Shown here piece after piece: positions 50,501 to 59,191 of a stretch of DNA of 64,000 nt. The position numbers and the translations under genes are program-made. The stretch lies in the IMG/VR virus record IMGVR_UViG_3300047546_001470. One strand, 5' to 3'. Origin of the DNA: an uncultured virus (IMG/VR IMGVR_UViG_3300047546_001470). Taxonomy: Duplodnaviria > Heunggongvirae > Uroviricota > Caudoviricetes. Each line of letters begins with the position of its first letter. Position 1 is the first letter of the stretch. The notes under the pieces were generated by a model, which saw only the letters and a list, made by a program, of their open reading frames with translations, searched no databases and had not been told where the DNA came from.

Positions 50501-50846
50501 AAGTTATATTGCACTGTGTACTGATAATAGAATTGTTTCTGCTATTCCTGTAGACGAGATAAAGAATTCTGATGCAGCATTAATTAAATTTTTAAATTAT
50601 AGAATGTTACCATATAAAGATGAAGAGTTATTTGTTGTTTCTTTTAAACCAAGAATAACAAAGGCAGGGAAAAAGATGGCATCTTTAACCCTTGCAGATA
50701 CATCTAGAGAACTACATTCGGTAACAGTATTTCCTACTGCATTCGCAAAGGCATACATGAAAATTGAAGAAGGCCATGCTTACAAATTTGAATTTGGAAA
50801 AACAAAAGACGGAACTGTTATATTGGAGGATATAAATGTCGGTTAG
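47568..50846 (+). CDS. dnaE: DNA polymerase III alpha subunit
   Basis: PHP domain HLHTHFSLFDG/TDHG; GPGRGSSAGS, PDIDTD, GIHAAG, KIDALGL, YSFNKSH; no intein-sized insertion. Confidence 0.96.
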   Translation: MNYVPLHLHTHFSLFDGIGLPSEYVDRATKLGMPAISITDHGSLSGHREMYRAAKSSGIKPILGIEGYMCEDRFDRRDKEDRTTPLDMVYNHIILLAKNKVGLENLNRLNEIAWTEGYYKKPRIDFEVLSKYKEGIIVSSACPSGIIAKSIELGELGMAKKYIKWFKEEFGDDYYLEVMPHNDESINQTILQLADEFKVKPIVTPDCHHVDPSQKEIQELKLILNTYSNKIQKDATYEKSKKQGDLMKRLDYLYGADRQMSFNKFDIHLLSYEEIQAAMEKQAIFRTDIYENTIELANKIEDYDIKDGLNLLPVQYKNPDKQLKELAMTGLAEKGLNNNQEYLDRLEEELKVIQDKKFGPYFLVVQSMISWAKKEGIMVGPGRGSSAGSLLCYALGITDIDPLKHGLLFFRFINPERNDFPDIDTDIQDSRRDEVKDYLVRQYKHVASIATFLEFKDKGVVRDVARALNIPLADVNKVLKLVDTWDEYCTSKTTAWFREKYPEVEQYGEQLRGRIRGTGIHAAGVVTSKNPIFRYAPMETRNSPGSDERIPVVAVDMEEAEKIGLIKIDALGLKTLSVINDTIKIIKEREGTEIDLLKIDMEDQKVYQMLSEGYTKGVFQCEATPYTNLLIKMGVKNLAELSASNALVRPGAMNTIGKDYIERKHGRQAVNYLHQTMKPFTEETYGCILYQEQVMQACVQLGGMSWSEADKVRKIIGKKKDAREFDAFRDRFVDGASKFISPNQARDLWHDFEAHAGYSFNKSHAVAYSTLSYWTAWLKYYYPIEFMYSLLKNERDKDARTEYLIEAKRMGISIKLPHINDSDIDFKIEGKGIRFGLSGIKFISDKIAERYISARPFKSFQEVRDFTFTKGNGVNSRALEALRIIGAATFPDNPRNDNELRENLYEYLGLPEFTQTVPSHYHAFINSVEDFEEKGSFILMGMVKGIKRGKGWSRVEILDKTGSIGVFDEEQTTIEAGRSYIALCTDNRIVSAIPVDEIKNSDAALIKFLNYRMLPYKDEELFVVSFKPRITKAGKKMASLTLADTSRELHSVTVFPTAFAKAYMKIEEGHAYKFEFGKTKDGTVILEDINVG

Positions 50847-51849
50847 TATTGAAGATGTGATAGCACAACTAAACCCTAAATTAAGAAAAAGTATTTTAGT
50901 TGGAGACGAAGTACCAAAAACAGAATATGCGGCAACACCAAGTTATGGACTTAATCGTGCACTTAATGGAGGACTTCCATATGGTAGGCAGGTATTAGTT
51001 TGGGGGAGCAAGTCAAGTGCTAAATCATCATTATGCTTACAAACAATTGCCTTGGCACAGAAAGAAGGAAAGATCTGTGCTTGGATAGATGCAGAAATGT
51101 CTTATGATAAAGAATGGGCTGCTAAGTTAGGTGTAGACACATCTAAATTAATAGTGTCTCAGGCTAGAACAATCAATGAGATGGTAGATGTAGGAGTAAA
51201 TCTAATAGAGGCTGGTGTTGATATTATTGTGGTTGATTCAATTACTTCTTTGCTTCCTGCTATCTATTTTGAAAAAGATTCTACTGAGTTAAAACAATTA
51301 GAGAATACTAAACAAATTGGAGCAGAGTCTCGTGATTTTAGTAATGCATGGAAAATGCTTAACTATGCAAATAATAAAGTTAAGCCTACGTTATTGCTTT
51401 TAATTAGTCAGTCAAGAAATAATATTAATGCAATGTATACAAGTCAACAGCCAACTGGCGGACAAGCAACAAAGTTTTACTCATCTACTGTAATTAAATT
51501 ATTTTCTTCTGAATCAGAAAATCAAGCATTGAAAGGAAAAATATATGTTGGTGACAAGGCTATTGAAGAAAAAGTTGGTAGAAAGATTAGATGGGAGTTA
51601 CAGTTTTCTAAAACTTCTCCTGCTTTTCAGTCTGGTGAATATGATTTCTATTTTAGAGGCGATACTTTGGGTATTGATGCTATCGCTGATCTTGTTGACA
51701 CTGCTGAACTAATGGGAATAGTTGAAAGAACTGGAGCATGGTACTTATTGCCAGACGGCACAAAGGTACAAGGCAGAGATGGTTTTGTTAATAGAGTAAG
51801 AGAGGACTTAGATCTACAAGAAATGATTAAGGCCAAGATTAGTGGATAA
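50836..51849 (+). CDS. recA: RecA-like recombinase
   Basis: GGLPYGR, AWIDAE, IIVVDS, SQSR, PTGGQATKFYSS and GAWY motifs; variant Walker A GSKSSAKS. Confidence 0.9.
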   Translation: MSVSIEDVIAQLNPKLRKSILVGDEVPKTEYAATPSYGLNRALNGGLPYGRQVLVWGSKSSAKSSLCLQTIALAQKEGKICAWIDAEMSYDKEWAAKLGVDTSKLIVSQARTINEMVDVGVNLIEAGVDIIVVDSITSLLPAIYFEKDSTELKQLENTKQIGAESRDFSNAWKMLNYANNKVKPTLLLLISQSRNNINAMYTSQQPTGGQATKFYSSTVIKLFSSESENQALKGKIYVGDKAIEEKVGRKIRWELQFSKTSPAFQSGEYDFYFRGDTLGIDAIADLVDTAELMGIVERTGAWYLLPDGTKVQGRDGFVNRVREDLDLQEMIKAKISG

Positions 51850-52027
51850 GTATAGTATTTATGAAGGAAAATTTCCTTGTAAAGTATGCAAAAAAGAAGT
51901 AAAGACTATTCGTATATATATTACAACTGGAATGGCATCTTGGATGTGTTCTGATAAACATTTATCTGAGGTTGAATTATTTAAGGTAGGATATAAAAAA
52001 AAGAGGGTCCATGAGCGAAAAGAATGA
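51842..52027 (+). CDS. Small zinc-binding protein
   Basis: CKVC...CSDKH. Confidence 0.6.
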   Translation: MDKYSIYEGKFPCKVCKKEVKTIRIYITTGMASWMCSDKHLSEVELFKVGYKKKRVHERKE

Positions 52028-52295
52028 AAGTAAAAGAATTGGTGCTAAACAACATAAAAATTCTGGGCGTGGTATTAAAAAGGGAGACGCTACCTGGAAT
52101 AACTTTACTATAGATTTTAAAGAAAATAAAAAGTCATTTACATTAAATCAAGATGTATGGGCTAAGGCAACTACAGATGCCATTAGGAATAATAATGACC
52201 CAGCAATAGTTGTTGTTTTAGGTGAAGGCAATAAAAAGACTAGGTTAGTAATATTAGAGTTCGACCTATTAGAGTCCTTGGTTGATAGGGTATAA
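52011..52295 (+). CDS. Hjc-like PD-(D/E)XK nuclease/resolvase
   Basis: E..NSG..KGD..IDFKE pattern in a 94-aa protein. Confidence 0.6.
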   Translation: MSEKNESKRIGAKQHKNSGRGIKKGDATWNNFTIDFKENKKSFTLNQDVWAKATTDAIRNNNDPAIVVVLGEGNKKTRLVILEFDLLESLVDRV

Positions 52296-52302
52296 TATAT
52301 AT

Positions 52303-52932
52303 ATGACACTTGTTAAATCTAATATTTTTTCTGATGAGCAAATTTTAAGAATATATAAAAGTATAAATAAAGAATTTGAAAATCGTGAAATAGTGGAATG
52401 GTATGATTCAAAAATGGGCCACCAATATCCAAGTGATAAAAAATTTATTGCAATCAAAAAAGAACTATTGTCTAGACTAGATATTGATAGATTAGAACTT
52501 GATGATGATATTATTTTATCTGCAAAGAAATGTGCAACTGATATTTTATCTAATTTTGGAATAAACGTTAGATCCGTTGTTGGTGTGACATATGTTGAAT
52601 ATAATAAAAAATACGGTGGTAATCCGTATCTTAATCCACACAAAGATGCTCCAGGTGAAAGTGATTTTGTCTTAGACTATCAACTAGACGCAAATACATC
52701 TTGGGCTATAGGAATTAACAAAGATTTATATGAGTTAAATAATAATGACGCTTTAGGAATAATAACAACTAAAAATTATCATTGGAGACAAAAGAAGCAA
52801 TGGAACGATGATGAATATGTAAAAATGTTGTTTTTTCATATAGCATTAGAAAATAGAAACATAGAGCATACAGCATATTCAGAAAAAGAAATTTATGATT
52901 TTATAGAAAACTATAACGGAGGTATAAAATGA
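52303..52932 (+). CDS. Putative 2OG-Fe(II) oxygenase
   Basis: PHKD..LDYQL..W..HWR..MLFFH. ATG 52303 lies 6 nt after TATAAT and is preferred over TTG 52282. Confidence 0.72.
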   Translation: MTLVKSNIFSDEQILRIYKSINKEFENREIVEWYDSKMGHQYPSDKKFIAIKKELLSRLDIDRLELDDDIILSAKKCATDILSNFGINVRSVVGVTYVEYNKKYGGNPYLNPHKDAPGESDFVLDYQLDANTSWAIGINKDLYELNNNDALGIITTKNYHWRQKKQWNDDEYVKMLFFHIALENRNIEHTAYSEKEIYDFIENYNGGIK

Positions 52933-53546
52933 AATATAATGAAAATAATGTAATAGTAGACGATATACTAAATCAGGATGGGATAGATTCTGTAAGGGCC
53001 TCTATTTCTAGAAGTACTGGCGGTAACTTTGTTCAGGAACATTGTCAGGCTAACCTATTTATACAACTTGAAGTAGAGGTTGTAAAAAAGTTTACCAAAG
53101 TAGCCCGTCTCGTTAGTGGAAACGATAATTTAGTATTAACAGAACACTGTTTTGCTAGATATGAAAATGTAACAAGTAATTGTGGAAAATTTCATTTTAA
53201 GCCATCATTATTTCCGCATTATGATGAAACATTTAAGGAACCCAGATTTACATTTGACTATCAATTAAGTTCAAACATTAGTTGGCCACTTGTAGTTGAG
53301 CCAGATAAGGAGTTTGTTTTAAAAGATAATCAGGCTGTAACCTTTAGTGGAACTCACCAAGTGCATTGGAGAAAACCAACCCTATTTAAAGATGGTGATT
53401 TTGTAGAGATGATTTTTTGCCACTTCTCAGATCCAACTTCTGGGCCAAAAGAAGAAGGCTTAAATAAGATTATGGATGAAAAGGTTAATGCTTATCGCAA
53501 AGCATATTTTGATGCAGGGGGATGGACAAATGGCTCAACTTCATGA
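52929..53546 (+). CDS. Putative 2OG-Fe(II) oxygenase
   Basis: PHYD..FDYQL..WPL..HWR..MIFCHF. Confidence 0.75.
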   Translation: MKYNENNVIVDDILNQDGIDSVRASISRSTGGNFVQEHCQANLFIQLEVEVVKKFTKVARLVSGNDNLVLTEHCFARYENVTSNCGKFHFKPSLFPHYDETFKEPRFTFDYQLSSNISWPLVVEPDKEFVLKDNQAVTFSGTHQVHWRKPTLFKDGDFVEMIFCHFSDPTSGPKEEGLNKIMDEKVNAYRKAYFDAGGWTNGSTS

Positions 53547-54318
53547 TTATTTAACTGGGTTTGATAAATATAATAAGCCCTTGCCATTTTATGTAGATAA
53601 TTTATTTACAGAAGATCAAAAGTCAAGAATAATGAATTTAATTCAAGAAAATCGTAAACTTGAACCATTTGTTATAGGAGATAGAATAGAAGATGGATAT
53701 ATTAGAAATTCTCCATTTAAAAGTAGGTTTCAGCCTAAAATAGCAAAAAACATGTCAAGAGTTTTAATTGAATTTGATATGCCAGAAGATTGTGAAGCCG
53801 TACTAGATAAAATTGCAAAACCATTATACAAAAAAGATATAGCACTATGCCATTGGAACTATATAGACTATAACTTAAAATATGGTTATGGGGACAACAG
53901 TCCAGCATTACCACCACATTTAGATGCAGATGAAAACTTGGTAACAATTAATTATTGTCCAGATACAAACATAGAGTGGGACTTATATGTTGGAAACTGG
54001 AATGATACTGGAAACTTTACCAGGTATACCCTTGGCCCAGGACAAACCATAGTATTTAGTGCAGTAAATCAAATACATTGGAGGCCAAAACGTAAATTTA
54101 AAGATGGAGAGTTTTGTGAGATTATTAGTATGGATTATTGCCCTACAAATAGTTACAGATTTACTAATGAAGAAAATCCAATAGATCCAGAAAAATATCC
54201 AGAGAAAAGAAGAGAGTATTTAGATAAATTACAATCAAGATCAGATATGCAGGCTGCTTTTAAATTATGGGCGGAAGATGGTTTGCGAGATGGAATACCA
54301 ACAGAATCGATGGGGTAA
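53530..54318 (+). CDS. Putative 2OG-Fe(II) oxygenase
   Basis: PHLD..TINY..WDL..HWR..IISMDY; probable start ATG 53530. Confidence 0.72.
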   Translation: MAQLHDYLTGFDKYNKPLPFYVDNLFTEDQKSRIMNLIQENRKLEPFVIGDRIEDGYIRNSPFKSRFQPKIAKNMSRVLIEFDMPEDCEAVLDKIAKPLYKKDIALCHWNYIDYNLKYGYGDNSPALPPHLDADENLVTINYCPDTNIEWDLYVGNWNDTGNFTRYTLGPGQTIVFSAVNQIHWRPKRKFKDGEFCEIISMDYCPTNSYRFTNEENPIDPEKYPEKRREYLDKLQSRSDMQAAFKLWAEDGLRDGIPTESMG

Positions 54319-54623
54319 TGGAACAACAACAAACTACACTAGAAATGATAAATGGACTCTCAGAAATATCAGAGTACATGAAGGATGAAGAACTTACTAC
54401 AGCACTTACTGTAATTGCAAAATTAATACTAAAGCCAGACATTCCAATGAATGTTGCTACTTTAGAAATTGTTAGACTTCAGGCAATAGCATCTAAAATG
54501 GCACTACGTGCAACTTGGATGGCCAACGTGGATAAGTCTAATCGTAGTCAAAAAAATATATACTACACGGCAGCAGAATCAATTAACAATTTAGTGTCAG
54601 CATTAAAATATATAACTAGATGA
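54318..54623 (+). CDS. Helical hypothetical protein
   Basis: ATG 54318 overlaps the upstream stop (TAATG). Confidence 0.65.
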   Translation: MEQQQTTLEMINGLSEISEYMKDEELTTALTVIAKLILKPDIPMNVATLEIVRLQAIASKMALRATWMANVDKSNRSQKNIYYTAAESINNLVSALKYITR

Positions 54624-54656
54624 GATCTGATATAATTAGTTTAAACAAAGGAAAAC

Positions 54657-55514
54657 ATGGCTAAAAATTTATTACAACAGGTAATGCTAAAAGGAAATAG
54701 TAAAAATAAAGTATCTACAGAAGATACAAGTTTTATAGATGGCTTAATAGAAAAAATTGAGTCTGGATATTTAACTAAAACTAAACCAAAGTTTAGTAAA
54801 AAGAATAATTTTTCTGCATCCACATTAACGTATGGTGCTGGAGAGTGTCCAAGATTTTGGCACCTTGCTTTTGACGGCGCTGTATTTCATGACAATTCTG
54901 ACGCACACGGTGTAGCAAATAGAACTAATGGAACATTAGGTCACGGAAGAATTCAAGAAGCAATAGAGGCTTCTGGTCTTTTGGATGAGACAATGGAGAT
55001 GGATCCATTACCAAGAAAATATAATAAGCAAACACATCCAGCAATGGAGTTTAGAGTAAAGACAGAAGATCCTCCATTTGATGGCTATGGAGATGTTATG
55101 CTTAATATAAATAACGAAAGAGTAATTGGTGAAATTAAAACAATCTCAAATGAAGGATTTGAGTATAAAAAGAATAGCAGAAAGCCAAAGATGGGACATC
55201 TTATGCAATTGCTTATCTATATGAAAGTTTGGAAAGTCGGCAAGGGTGTAATGATTTATGAAAATAAAAATAATCATGAGTTGTTGACTTTACCAATAGT
55301 AGTAAACGATCATTACCGTCGGTGGGTAGACCAGGCATTTGATTGGATGAAAGATGTATATAAAAATTGGAAAGATAATCAACTTCCTCAGAAGCCTTAT
55401 CGATCTAATTCTAAGATATGTAAAGTTTGTCCAATTCAAAAAGCATGTGCCGAAGCAGGGACAGGGGTAATTAAAATTAAACCTCTGGAGTTATTAGAAA
55501 ATGAAGAACTGTAA
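54657..55514 (+). CDS. Cas4-like/RecB-family PD-(D/E)XK exonuclease with Fe-S cysteines
   Basis: ECPR, GTLGH, GYGD..EIKT, QLLIY and CKVCPIQKAC (1+3 Cys). Confidence 0.85.
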   Translation: MAKNLLQQVMLKGNSKNKVSTEDTSFIDGLIEKIESGYLTKTKPKFSKKNNFSASTLTYGAGECPRFWHLAFDGAVFHDNSDAHGVANRTNGTLGHGRIQEAIEASGLLDETMEMDPLPRKYNKQTHPAMEFRVKTEDPPFDGYGDVMLNINNERVIGEIKTISNEGFEYKKNSRKPKMGHLMQLLIYMKVWKVGKGVMIYENKNNHELLTLPIVVNDHYRRWVDQAFDWMKDVYKNWKDNQLPQKPYRSNSKICKVCPIQKACAEAGTGVIKIKPLELLENEEL

Positions 55515-55797
55515 ATGGTGTGATCATAACTTTGAATCAGTAGTTTCATATCAAATATATTGTTCAGAACAATGTAGAGAGTCTGCTACTAAAGAAAAAA
55601 TTGCACAAAGATATATACAAACGAGAAGACAAAAAAGAAAAGGAAAAAATAGAACATGTAAAGACTGTGGATCTAAGTTATCAATATATAATGATGATCC
55701 ATTATGTACAAAATGCTCTATAAATCCTGGAGATGTAAAAAAAGCAATTAAAGAGATTAAAGGTTTATCAAATGACAAAAGCAAAAGAAACAGATAG
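55501..55797 (+). CDS. Zinc-finger protein
   Basis: CKWC..YCSEQC..CKDC..CTKC. Confidence 0.75.
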   Translation: MKNCKWCDHNFESVVSYQIYCSEQCRESATKEKIAQRYIQTRRQKRKGKNRTCKDCGSKLSIYNDDPLCTKCSINPGDVKKAIKEIKGLSNDKSKRNR

Positions 55798-56386
55798 ATA
55801 CGCAAACAGCGTTTTACCAAAAATCCCTGGGGTGATTTGTTCTATTGATGCCAGTACCAATAATCTTGCTTTTGCAATTTACTCATATAAAAAGTTAGAC
55901 TGCTATGGGAAAATAACATTTAGCGGTAAAGATATATATGAAAAAATAACAGATGCTTGTAAGAAATCTAAAGCATTGTTTGATCATTATAACCTAGTTG
56001 AAGCAATAGTTATTGAGCATACAGTTTTTATGAATTCTCCAAAAACTGCAGCAGATCTTGCCCTAATCCAAGGTGGAATACTTGGAGGAGCAGGATTATC
56101 TGGTATAAAAATAATAGGCAAGGTTTCTCCAATAACGTGGCAAAACTATATTGGAAATAAAAGATTAACAAAAGAAGAACAAATAAAAATAAGATTATCA
56201 AATCCAGGCAAATCAGATTCATGGTATAAATCATATGAAAGAGATTTTAGAAAGCAAAGAACAATAAAATTATTAGATGTTATTTATGACAAAAAAATAA
56301 CAGATAATGATGTCGCAGACGCATGCGGAATCGGACATTGGTCTATAAATAATTGGGAAAAGGCTATTGGAGTTGACAAGGAATAA
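55772..56386 (+). CDS. RuvC-like Holliday junction resolvase
   Basis: SIDAST, IVIE, PITWQ and DVADACGIG give an RNase H-fold acidic set. Confidence 0.8.
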   Translation: MTKAKETDRYANSVLPKIPGVICSIDASTNNLAFAIYSYKKLDCYGKITFSGKDIYEKITDACKKSKALFDHYNLVEAIVIEHTVFMNSPKTAADLALIQGGILGGAGLSGIKIIGKVSPITWQNYIGNKRLTKEEQIKIRLSNPGKSDSWYKSYERDFRKQRTIKLLDVIYDKKITDNDVADACGIGHWSINNWEKAIGVDKE

Positions 56387-56388
56387 CT

Positions 56389-56544
56389 ATGAGTGCTAAA
56401 CTATATTCAAATGAATTATGGCTTAAAAAGAGATATCATCTTGACAAGAAATCTCCAGAAGATATTGCAAAGGAGTGCGGTGTAACTGTGGAAACAATAT
56501 ACGTATATCTTGCAAAATTTGGATTAAGGAAGTCAAAAAGATGA
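56389..56544 (+). CDS. 51-aa helix-turn-helix protein
   Basis: Below the track cut-off. MSAKLYSNELWLKKRYHLDKKSPEDIAKECGVTVETIYVYLAKFGLRKSKR; ATGA overlap with the next gene. Confidence 0.75.
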   Translation: MSAKLYSNELWLKKRYHLDKKSPEDIAKECGVTVETIYVYLAKFGLRKSKR

Positions 56545-56870
56545 ACCCAGTATTTCCCGATTCTAAAAGATTTAATTGTGAGGATTTATATTTATTAACT
56601 GTGGGAACATCTGCAGGTTATAAAATATGGGAAACAACACATGAGATTGCTCATATGCTTATTAGAAAAAATATAGCATATGGAAATTCTGCTCTTGATC
56701 CAATTCGTATTTTTAGCAAGGCTGATGCCAGAGAACAACTGCATGTCCGTATTGATGATAAGTTAAGTAGAATTATGCGTGGCACAGAATATATAGGCGA
56801 CAACGACATTGATGATCTAATTGGATATTTGGTATTATTAAAGATAGCAAAGGATAAAGATGTCAACTGA
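56541..56870 (+). CDS. DUF1599/nucleotide-modification-associated (MazG-like helical) protein
   Basis: RKNIAYGNS..RIDDKLSRI..DLIGYLVL; true start probably ATG 56541. Confidence 0.7.
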   Translation: MNPVFPDSKRFNCEDLYLLTVGTSAGYKIWETTHEIAHMLIRKNIAYGNSALDPIRIFSKADAREQLHVRIDDKLSRIMRGTEYIGDNDIDDLIGYLVLLKIAKDKDVN

Positions 56871-57393
56871 AGAAGATTTAGTAAAACACTTAGATGAAAT
56901 AAATAATGTTGTTGCAGAATATTTAAAGGGAAATGATCCTACAAAAATTTCTAAAGATCTTTCTATTCCAAGAAATAAGGTTGTGCAGCATATAAATGAG
57001 TGGAAGGTAATGGCATCTGCTAATGACGCTATTCGTGGCAGAGCAAAAGAAGCACTTGCGATTGCAGATACACATTATGATAATTTAAAATTATTAGCAC
57101 ACGAAGTTATATCTGAAGCAACCCTAACAAATAATTTGGGTGCAAAAACACAGGCAATTAAACTAGTAATGGATATTGAAGCAAAAAGAATTGATATGCT
57201 ACAAAAAGCAGGTCTTCTTGAAAACAAAGAATTAGCAGAAGAAATGATACAGATAGAAAGAAGACAAGACGTTTTGATGTCAATTCTTCGTGATATTGCT
57301 GCTGAGTATCCAGAAGTTCGTGATGAAATTATGCGTAGGCTTTCTGATATTGCTAAAAGAGATGAAGTGATTACAATTGTCCACGATGTTTGA
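56860..57393 (+). CDS. Probable terminase small subunit
   Basis: N-terminal HTH (YLKG..TKISKDLSI) and helical body; overlaps the large-subunit gene. Confidence 0.65.
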   Translation: MSTEEDLVKHLDEINNVVAEYLKGNDPTKISKDLSIPRNKVVQHINEWKVMASANDAIRGRAKEALAIADTHYDNLKLLAHEVISEATLTNNLGAKTQAIKLVMDIEAKRIDMLQKAGLLENKELAEEMIQIERRQDVLMSILRDIAAEYPEVRDEIMRRLSDIAKRDEVITIVHDV

Positions 57394-59164
57394 TGATTTT
57401 ATTGAAGCACTTAAGGATAATTATTTTGAAGAAAATCCAGTAGATGCAAAAACATTTGTAGAGTCTCCAGAATATTTAGGGCAACCACCTTTGTCTGATA
57501 TTCAGTATGATATTGTTCAAGCAATGAGTCAGATATATCGCAAAGAAGATTTGCAAGAACTGATGGGAGAAAAAGAAGGAGAAGAATATTATGAAAAATA
57601 TACTAAGAATGAAATTATCCTCCAACTTGGCAAGGGTAGTGGAAAAGATTTTACTTCTACTGTTGCTTGTGCTTACATTGTGTATAAGTTACTATGCCTT
57701 AAGGATCCAGCCAGATATTTCGGCAAACCCTCTGGAGATGCCATAGACCTTATCAATGTTGCTATTAACGCACAACAGGCTAAGAATGTTTTCTTTAAAG
57801 GATTTAAAACTAAGATTGAAAGATCACCATGGTTTGCTGGCAAGTATGAAGCCAAGGTGGATTCGATTGGATTTAACAAATCAATTACAGTGTACTCTGG
57901 GCACTCAGAAAGAGAGTCTCATGAAGGTTTAAACCTATTGCTTGCTGTTCTTGATGAGATTTCTGGATTTGCTTCTGAAGTAATGACAGGAAATGAACAA
58001 GGTAAGACTGCTGATAATATCTATAAGGCCTTCCGTGGCTCTGTTGATTCTCGTTTTCCAGATCTTGGAAAGGTAGTTCTTCTTTCATTCCCCCGCTATA
58101 ATGGAGATTTTATTTCAGAAAGATATGATTCTGTAATTGCAGAAAAAGAAACTATAACTAAAACACATAGATATATAATTAATCCTTTGCTTCCAGAAGA
58201 TGATGCAGATAATTGGTTTGAGATATCTTGGGATTATGATGAGATAAGTTCTTATAAATATCCTGGAGTTTTTGCGTTAAAAAGAGCAACTTGGGAAGTT
58301 AATCCAACTAGAAAAGTTGATGATTTTAAAATTGCTTTTATGACAGACCTAGGTGATGCAATGATGCGTTTTGCTTGCGTACCAACTTATGCATCTGATG
58401 CTTTTTTTAAACAAGCAGATAAGGTTCGTGCTTGTATGACAATAAGAAATCCACTTGATCAATTTAGAAGATTTGAAACAAGTTTTAAGCCTGATCCAGA
58501 TAAAGTTTATTATGTTCATGCTGACCTTGCACAAAGACATGACAAATGTGCTGTTGCTATTGCACACGTAGATAAATGGGTAAGCGTTCAAGTTATTAAA
58601 AATTATGAAGAAATATCACCAATTGTAGTTGTTGATGCCGTTGCTTGGTGGGAACCAAAAGTAGAAGGTCCAGTTAATTTATCTGAAGTTAAACAATGGA
58701 TTCAAAATTTAAGAAGATTAGGCTTTAATATAGGAATGGTTACTTTTGATAGATGGCAATCATTTGATATTCAAAATGAACTTAAGTCCGTAGGAATGAA
58801 AACCGATACAGTGTCTGTGTCTAAAAAACAATACGAAGATATGGCAATGTTAGTATATGAAGAACGTCTTGTCATGCCGTCTATAGAACTTTTGTTTGAA
58901 GAACTTACAGAATTAAAAATAACAAAAAATGGTAAAAATGTTGATCACCCAAGAAAATTATCTAAAGACTTAGCAGATGCAGTTTGCGGGTCTATTTTTG
59001 GGGCGATATCATATACCCCAAAAGATCAAAACCTTGAAGTTGAAGTTCATACATTTAGAGACAAACCACGTAGAGTTGACACGCTCCCTGAGAACGTGAT
59101 ACAATATAAACCTAGTCAAATAGAAGATATTCAAGACTATTTGGATAGATTAAAAACAATATAA
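57377..59164 (+). CDS. terL: Terminase large subunit
   Basis: Walker A GKGSGKD, Walker B AVLDE, LLSFPR, and nuclease motifs HADLA/TFDRW/DHP..KDLADA. Confidence 0.9.
   Translation: MSTMFDDFIEALKDNYFEENPVDAKTFVESPEYLGQPPLSDIQYDIVQAMSQIYRKEDLQELMGEKEGEEYYEKYTKNEIILQLGKGSGKDFTSTVACAYIVYKLLCLKDPARYFGKPSGDAIDLINVAINAQQAKNVFFKGFKTKIERSPWFAGKYEAKVDSIGFNKSITVYSGHSERESHEGLNLLLAVLDEISGFASEVMTGNEQGKTADNIYKAFRGSVDSRFPDLGKVVLLSFPRYNGDFISERYDSVIAEKETITKTHRYIINPLLPEDDADNWFEISWDYDEISSYKYPGVFALKRATWEVNPTRKVDDFKIAFMTDLGDAMMRFACVPTYASDAFFKQADKVRACMTIRNPLDQFRRFETSFKPDPDKVYYVHADLAQRHDKCAVAIAHVDKWVSVQVIKNYEEISPIVVVDAVAWWEPKVEGPVNLSEVKQWIQNLRRLGFNIGMVTFDRWQSFDIQNELKSVGMKTDTVSVSKKQYEDMAMLVYEERLVMPSIELLFEELTELKITKNGKNVDHPRKLSKDLADAVCGSIFGAISYTPKDQNLEVEVHTFRDKPRRVDTLPENVIQYKPSQIEDIQDYLDRLKTI
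59076..59105 (+). promoter_or_regulatory. Promoter embedded in the 3' end of terL
   Basis: TTGACA (59076-59081), 18-nt spacer ending TGA, TACAAT (59100-59105). Confidence 0.6.
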
Positions 59165-59191
59165 ACCAAAATGAATAATAAAAGGAGAAAA

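Noticed and set aside
47568..50846. Intein or intron in DnaE (also checked in NrdJ, DnaB, RecA and TerL)
   Set aside because: Lengths are ordinary, motifs are contiguous, and no intein splice or homing-endonuclease motifs were noticed.
54657..55514. CRISPR-Cas locus
   Set aside because: A solo Cas4-like nuclease with no cas1/cas2 or array; this is common in phage recombination modules.
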